From contig OY969724.1 of NCBI GenBank assembly GCA_963702205.1, forward strand, positions 1,792,001-1,856,000: DNA of 64,000 nt. The letters are read 5' to 3'. Shown here one piece after another: positions 60,529 to 64,000 of this stretch (positions within the stretch are counted from its first letter, which is position 1; every line of letters begins with the position of its first letter). The position numbers and the translations under genes are program-made. The notes below the pieces were generated by a model. It saw only the letters and a program-made list of their open reading frames with translations. It was not told the origin of the DNA and did no database searches. This stretch comes from an uncultured candidate division Zixibacteria bacterium (GTDB taxonomy: Bacteria > Zixibacteria > MSB-5A5 > GN15 > PGXB01).

Positions 60529-62037
60529 ATGCCGGGGATGATTCGACAGTTTTCCAAAAATGTTTTTTCCAGCTGGGTGGCGCTGGGTATACGGCTGGTC
60601 ATTGTTTTTCTGGTTAATCCTTTTATCATTCATTCGCTCGGTGACAGCCGCTACGGCGCGTGGGCCCTCATCTTTTCCATAATCAATTACCTCACGATTT
60701 TCGACATGGGTATGAGGCAGGCGGTGATTCGGTTTGTCTCGAAATATCTCGGGCTGAAAGACTATGATAATATCAACGCCGTCATAAATACATCATTCGC
60801 GCTTTATTCGATCGTGGCCGTGTTCACCATAGGGATATCGCTTATTCTTGCATTTTTTATACTGGGCCATTTTTCGATTCCCGCGGATTTCCTGGCCGAT
60901 ACAAGACGCGCGCTTATCGTTATCGGGGTCAACGTCGCCTTCAACTTTTTCATGATGAGCTGGACCGAATCACTCAACGCGGTGCATCGATATGATATCG
61001 CCAATGCGCTGGCAATAGGTGAAGATATTTTAAGGACCGTGACCATTGTGATTTTACTTTCGCGAGGCTACGGCATTGTCGAGATGGCTTATTCATTCCT
61101 GGGGTACAGCGTCATAAGGCAGGTGATTTCGGCAATCTGGCTGAAAAAACTGCACCCGCAAATCAAATTCGGCTTCGGTTTTTTCAGCCGGGCGACTTTT
61201 CACGAAATATACAGCTACGGCTATATCGGATTCTTGATTTCCATCGCCTGGCTGTTTATAGCCAATACCGACAACGTCGTCGTCGGTTACTTTTTCAGCG
61301 CGGCATCGGTTACCAAGTATGCCGTGGCGGGGTCGATAATAGTCTACCTGCGCAACGTCGTGCTGGCGGTATCGTTTCCGCTGCGGCCGTTGATCAGCCA
61401 TTATGAAGCGCTGGGCCGAAAAGACAATATCACGTTTATTTATACCCGTGGTACGAAATATCTGACCTATATCAGCTTTGTCATAGCGGGCATGATTATA
61501 ATCTATGCCGATTCCTTTATCCGTCTGTGGCTGGGCCCGGGCTATGAACAGACCGCCAGAATCCTGCGCATTCTGGTTCTCCCGGCGGCGATATATCTTC
61601 CACAGACCATTGCCAATTCGGTGCTATACGGCCTCAGCGCGCACAAGAACATTCTATATGCCATCACGGCCGAGGGTATCGCCAATCTTGGATTAAGTTT
61701 GATCTTATTAAAAAAATTCGGACTCGACGGCGTCGCGTATGGAACGATTATCCCGCAGTTTTTCGTGTATTTGATAGCCATGCCGGTCATAATTCGCTCG
61801 GTATTGGGTATACGTCTGGGCGAGTTCTATAAATCGTTTTTCACGGTGGCGATTGTTGGCGGGGTTGTCTCGGTTGGGGCATCATACGGTCTTCGAGCGA
61901 TGATTCAACCATCCGGATGGCCCGCTTTGGCTCTGGACGTTGGCGTCGTCGTTATCGTTTGTCTGGCGATATTCAGGATGATAATACCCGCCGAAGACTG
62001 GGTACTGATTAAAAGCGGCGGGTTTAAGCGCTCCTGA
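60529..62037 (+). CDS. Oligosaccharide flippase (Wzx/MOP family)
   Basis: LGDSRYGAW, DMGMRQA and FIRLWLGPGY; many TM helices. Confidence 0.88.
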   Translation: MPGMIRQFSKNVFSSWVALGIRLVIVFLVNPFIIHSLGDSRYGAWALIFSIINYLTIFDMGMRQAVIRFVSKYLGLKDYDNINAVINTSFALYSIVAVFTIGISLILAFFILGHFSIPADFLADTRRALIVIGVNVAFNFFMMSWTESLNAVHRYDIANALAIGEDILRTVTIVILLSRGYGIVEMAYSFLGYSVIRQVISAIWLKKLHPQIKFGFGFFSRATFHEIYSYGYIGFLISIAWLFIANTDNVVVGYFFSAASVTKYAVAGSIIVYLRNVVLAVSFPLRPLISHYEALGRKDNITFIYTRGTKYLTYISFVIAGMIIIYADSFIRLWLGPGYEQTARILRILVLPAAIYLPQTIANSVLYGLSAHKNILYAITAEGIANLGLSLILLKKFGLDGVAYGTIIPQFFVYLIAMPVIIRSVLGIRLGEFYKSFFTVAIVGGVVSVGASYGLRAMIQPSGWPALALDVGVVVIVCLAIFRMIIPAEDWVLIKSGGFKRS

Positions 62038-62119
62038 CGGTTCTGGAACATAGGTCGATCATTAAAGTTTAATCAGAGACACCGGTTGACTTAGAAATTA
62101 AGGGGCACTATTTTCAGGT

Positions 62120-63244
62120 ATGCGAGCAATTTATTTATGTATTTTGTCGATCATCGCCATCTCGGCCGCCGGGGCCGAAGGGTCCTATGAATTTCTCGGA
62201 CTTCAATTCCCCCAATTAAAAACAGATCGGGCCGACTGGGTCAATCCATCGGATACCGTCTTTGGGGCTTCGTTTCCCGTCGACCGCGATGTCCGCTTGT
62301 TCGTTTCGGCAAAGGGCGGGGTCGATTCCATGTACTATGATAAAACCATAATGCCGGATTTTGTCCGTGGGGTGAAAAATTCCCTGAAGGCGCTGCAATT
62401 CGAGCCGGGCAAAATCAAAGGCAAGAAAGCGGCCGTGATTCTGCCGATCCGGGTGACGTTCGGGGCTTTGGGTGTTCACCGGCGGGCCGATTTGACGCTG
62501 CCGTATGAGGCGTCCACGGGAGCCCGGGACCGGAGGCTTATAAATTTGGCGCTGGTCGAAAACGGGTTTACTCTTCCGGGGGTTGAGTATTTCCCTTCAT
62601 ATTATCTAAGTGTTCCCAAAGATTCGGGTCGAACCGAATACGATTATAGTGTCTACAAGGTAAGTGTCGATGACGACGGGAAGGTGACCGATTTTGTAGA
62701 GCGGGCGACGAGTAATGCAAAGCTCTCCGATTTATTTACGATATCGGCGCGTTATGCCCGGTATCGGGCGGCGGGTTACAAGGGAGCGCATTTCCCGTCG
62801 GATTTTTATCTGATCGCGCGGTTCTTCGACAAGCAGAATTACCCCACCATTGCCTGGCCGGCGGATAGTACATCATCGCGGGAAGTGTCTATCGATAGAT
62901 ACCGCCTGGAAAACGTCCAGTATCTCGATTCCCTTTTAAGTCCGGCCTATCCGGAGAACTTGTCGGGCGTTTTCGGTTCTCCCGGGATGAATATCGGGGC
63001 GGACTCAATCCCGGCCGAGATAGGTATCACGGCCGATGGCACCATTGAATGGGTCATATACGGTAAACATCTGACATTAGCGGCAAAGCGGGATTTGGAC
63101 AAAATATTGAAACAAGTCCGGATAATACCGGCGATGGACTCGACCGGTCGGGCGGTTCCGTTCCAGGGGCGGCTGTTGATATCCCGCGCCGGTAGTAATA
63201 AACTACGAATAACGGCAGATTGGCTGGAGGCCGGGAAAGATTAA
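62120..63244 (+). CDS. Secreted protein with TonB C-terminal-like domains
   Basis: Signal peptide; FEPGKIKGKKAAVILPIRVTF and PAMDSTGRAVP. Confidence 0.55.
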   Translation: MRAIYLCILSIIAISAAGAEGSYEFLGLQFPQLKTDRADWVNPSDTVFGASFPVDRDVRLFVSAKGGVDSMYYDKTIMPDFVRGVKNSLKALQFEPGKIKGKKAAVILPIRVTFGALGVHRRADLTLPYEASTGARDRRLINLALVENGFTLPGVEYFPSYYLSVPKDSGRTEYDYSVYKVSVDDDGKVTDFVERATSNAKLSDLFTISARYARYRAAGYKGAHFPSDFYLIARFFDKQNYPTIAWPADSTSSREVSIDRYRLENVQYLDSLLSPAYPENLSGVFGSPGMNIGADSIPAEIGITADGTIEWVIYGKHLTLAAKRDLDKILKQVRIIPAMDSTGRAVPFQGRLLISRAGSNKLRITADWLEAGKD

Positions 63245-63507
63245 TCTCATCTTGTAACGCACTGTCGCTCAATGGAGTAAGGTCGGCGCTTCCGGATTGG
63301 CAGTTTTCGTGGCGCAAAAATTGCGAATAATGTCCCAATAATTAATCGCACTTTAATAAGTATTATTAAGTTATGTCCTTGCAACAGCTAAGCGGAGTAG
63401 CCAAAACCGATCATCGCGGCACAAAAGTTGATTTAATAAGCTTTGTAATCCCGAAAGATGGGAAGTTGCCGCATGCCTGATTGTATAAATATAAAAGGAA
63501 GGTGACC

Positions 63508-63738
63508 ATGCCTGATTTGCGTGCCTCAAAAATAGTAAACCTGGCGTCGGCCGTAATTGTGCTAATCGGAGGGATGTATATCCTCTTTTTCATGCCGATC
63601 GCCATTTCACCGGCGGCCAAATTGATTGTGGCGTTTTTGTTGGTGGTTTATTTTTTGTGGCGTGTCAGGTATTTCAACCGTCGGTATAACAAGAAACCGG
63701 AAGGATTGACAGGTGCGGATCAAGACGATACGAAATAG
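63508..63738 (+). CDS. Small two-TM membrane protein
   Basis: AAGGAAGG RBS; two hydrophobic helices. Confidence 0.7.
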   Translation: MPDLRASKIVNLASAVIVLIGGMYILFFMPIAISPAAKLIVAFLLVVYFLWRVRYFNRRYNKKPEGLTGADQDDTK

Positions 63739-63802
63739 CTTGACAAATCGGGCAATTAAACTATTTTTCGAGATTAATTTTTTGAAAAAGCGAGGTTTCA
63801 AA

Positions 63803-64000
63803 TTGAGTCTTCCGGATCAAAAAGCGTATCTCCGAACGGGACTTCTGGTAATATTTGCGGCGATTCTTCTGCCCGTACTGGCCGGAGCGGCCGAAGTCAA
63901 ACAGGAAATCACCGATGCCCTGAATGCCGGGGATACCACCACTGCGGTTGATCTTCTCAATAAGGAGATCGGTCTGGATCCCAGTTTCGATGCCAATTAC
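63803..64000 (+). CDS. Secreted TPR-like protein (partial)
   Basis: TTG start after GAGG; MSLPDQKAYLRTGLLVIFAAILLPVLAGAAEVKQ; open to the window end. Confidence 0.6.
   Translation, partial: MSLPDQKAYLRTGLLVIFAAILLPVLAGAAEVKQEITDALNAGDTTTAVDLLNKEIGLDPSFDANY

Overview
A 64 kb bacterial chromosomal segment that is mostly housekeeping genes. The gene content suggests a diderm FCB-group organism such as Zixibacteria; this is inference only. From left to right it contains: (1) an ECF-sigma envelope-stress cluster (sigma factor, DUF4097 protein, bactofilin-like membrane protein, DegP and a catalytically dead HtrA-like partner); (2) rne/rng-fmt-def-yajC; (3) ytfI/ytfJ-like genes, nth, prmC and tldD/tldE; (4) rsgA, a pseudokinase and prfA-DUF1385-rpmE; (5) ABC-F, BatA/VWA, TPR, comB, gcvT and aconitase; (6) ispE-spoVG-tRNA-Gln-prs-rplY; (7) priA and a complete ccmABCDEF operon of the CxxxY CcmE (System I*) type; (8) a flippase. 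Two accessory patches are embedded in mosaics of REP-like palindromes. The first (about 36.3-41.0 kb) is an AT-rich, translationally coupled three-gene cassette: an SPPY amino-DNA methyltransferase, a SIR2-like NADase and a DUF262 protein, with no recognisable restriction nuclease. It is the best candidate here for an undescribed anti-phage system. The second (about 44.6-48.0 kb) holds ArsR, a Cys-Cys-rich mini-protein, a candidate pseudoknotted RNA, and an FG-GAP secreted protein bracketed by REP elements. Other candidates are an ECF-promoter-driven sRNA at about 59.3 kb and three pseudoenzymes. All family calls come from motif recognition by eye; no searches were run.
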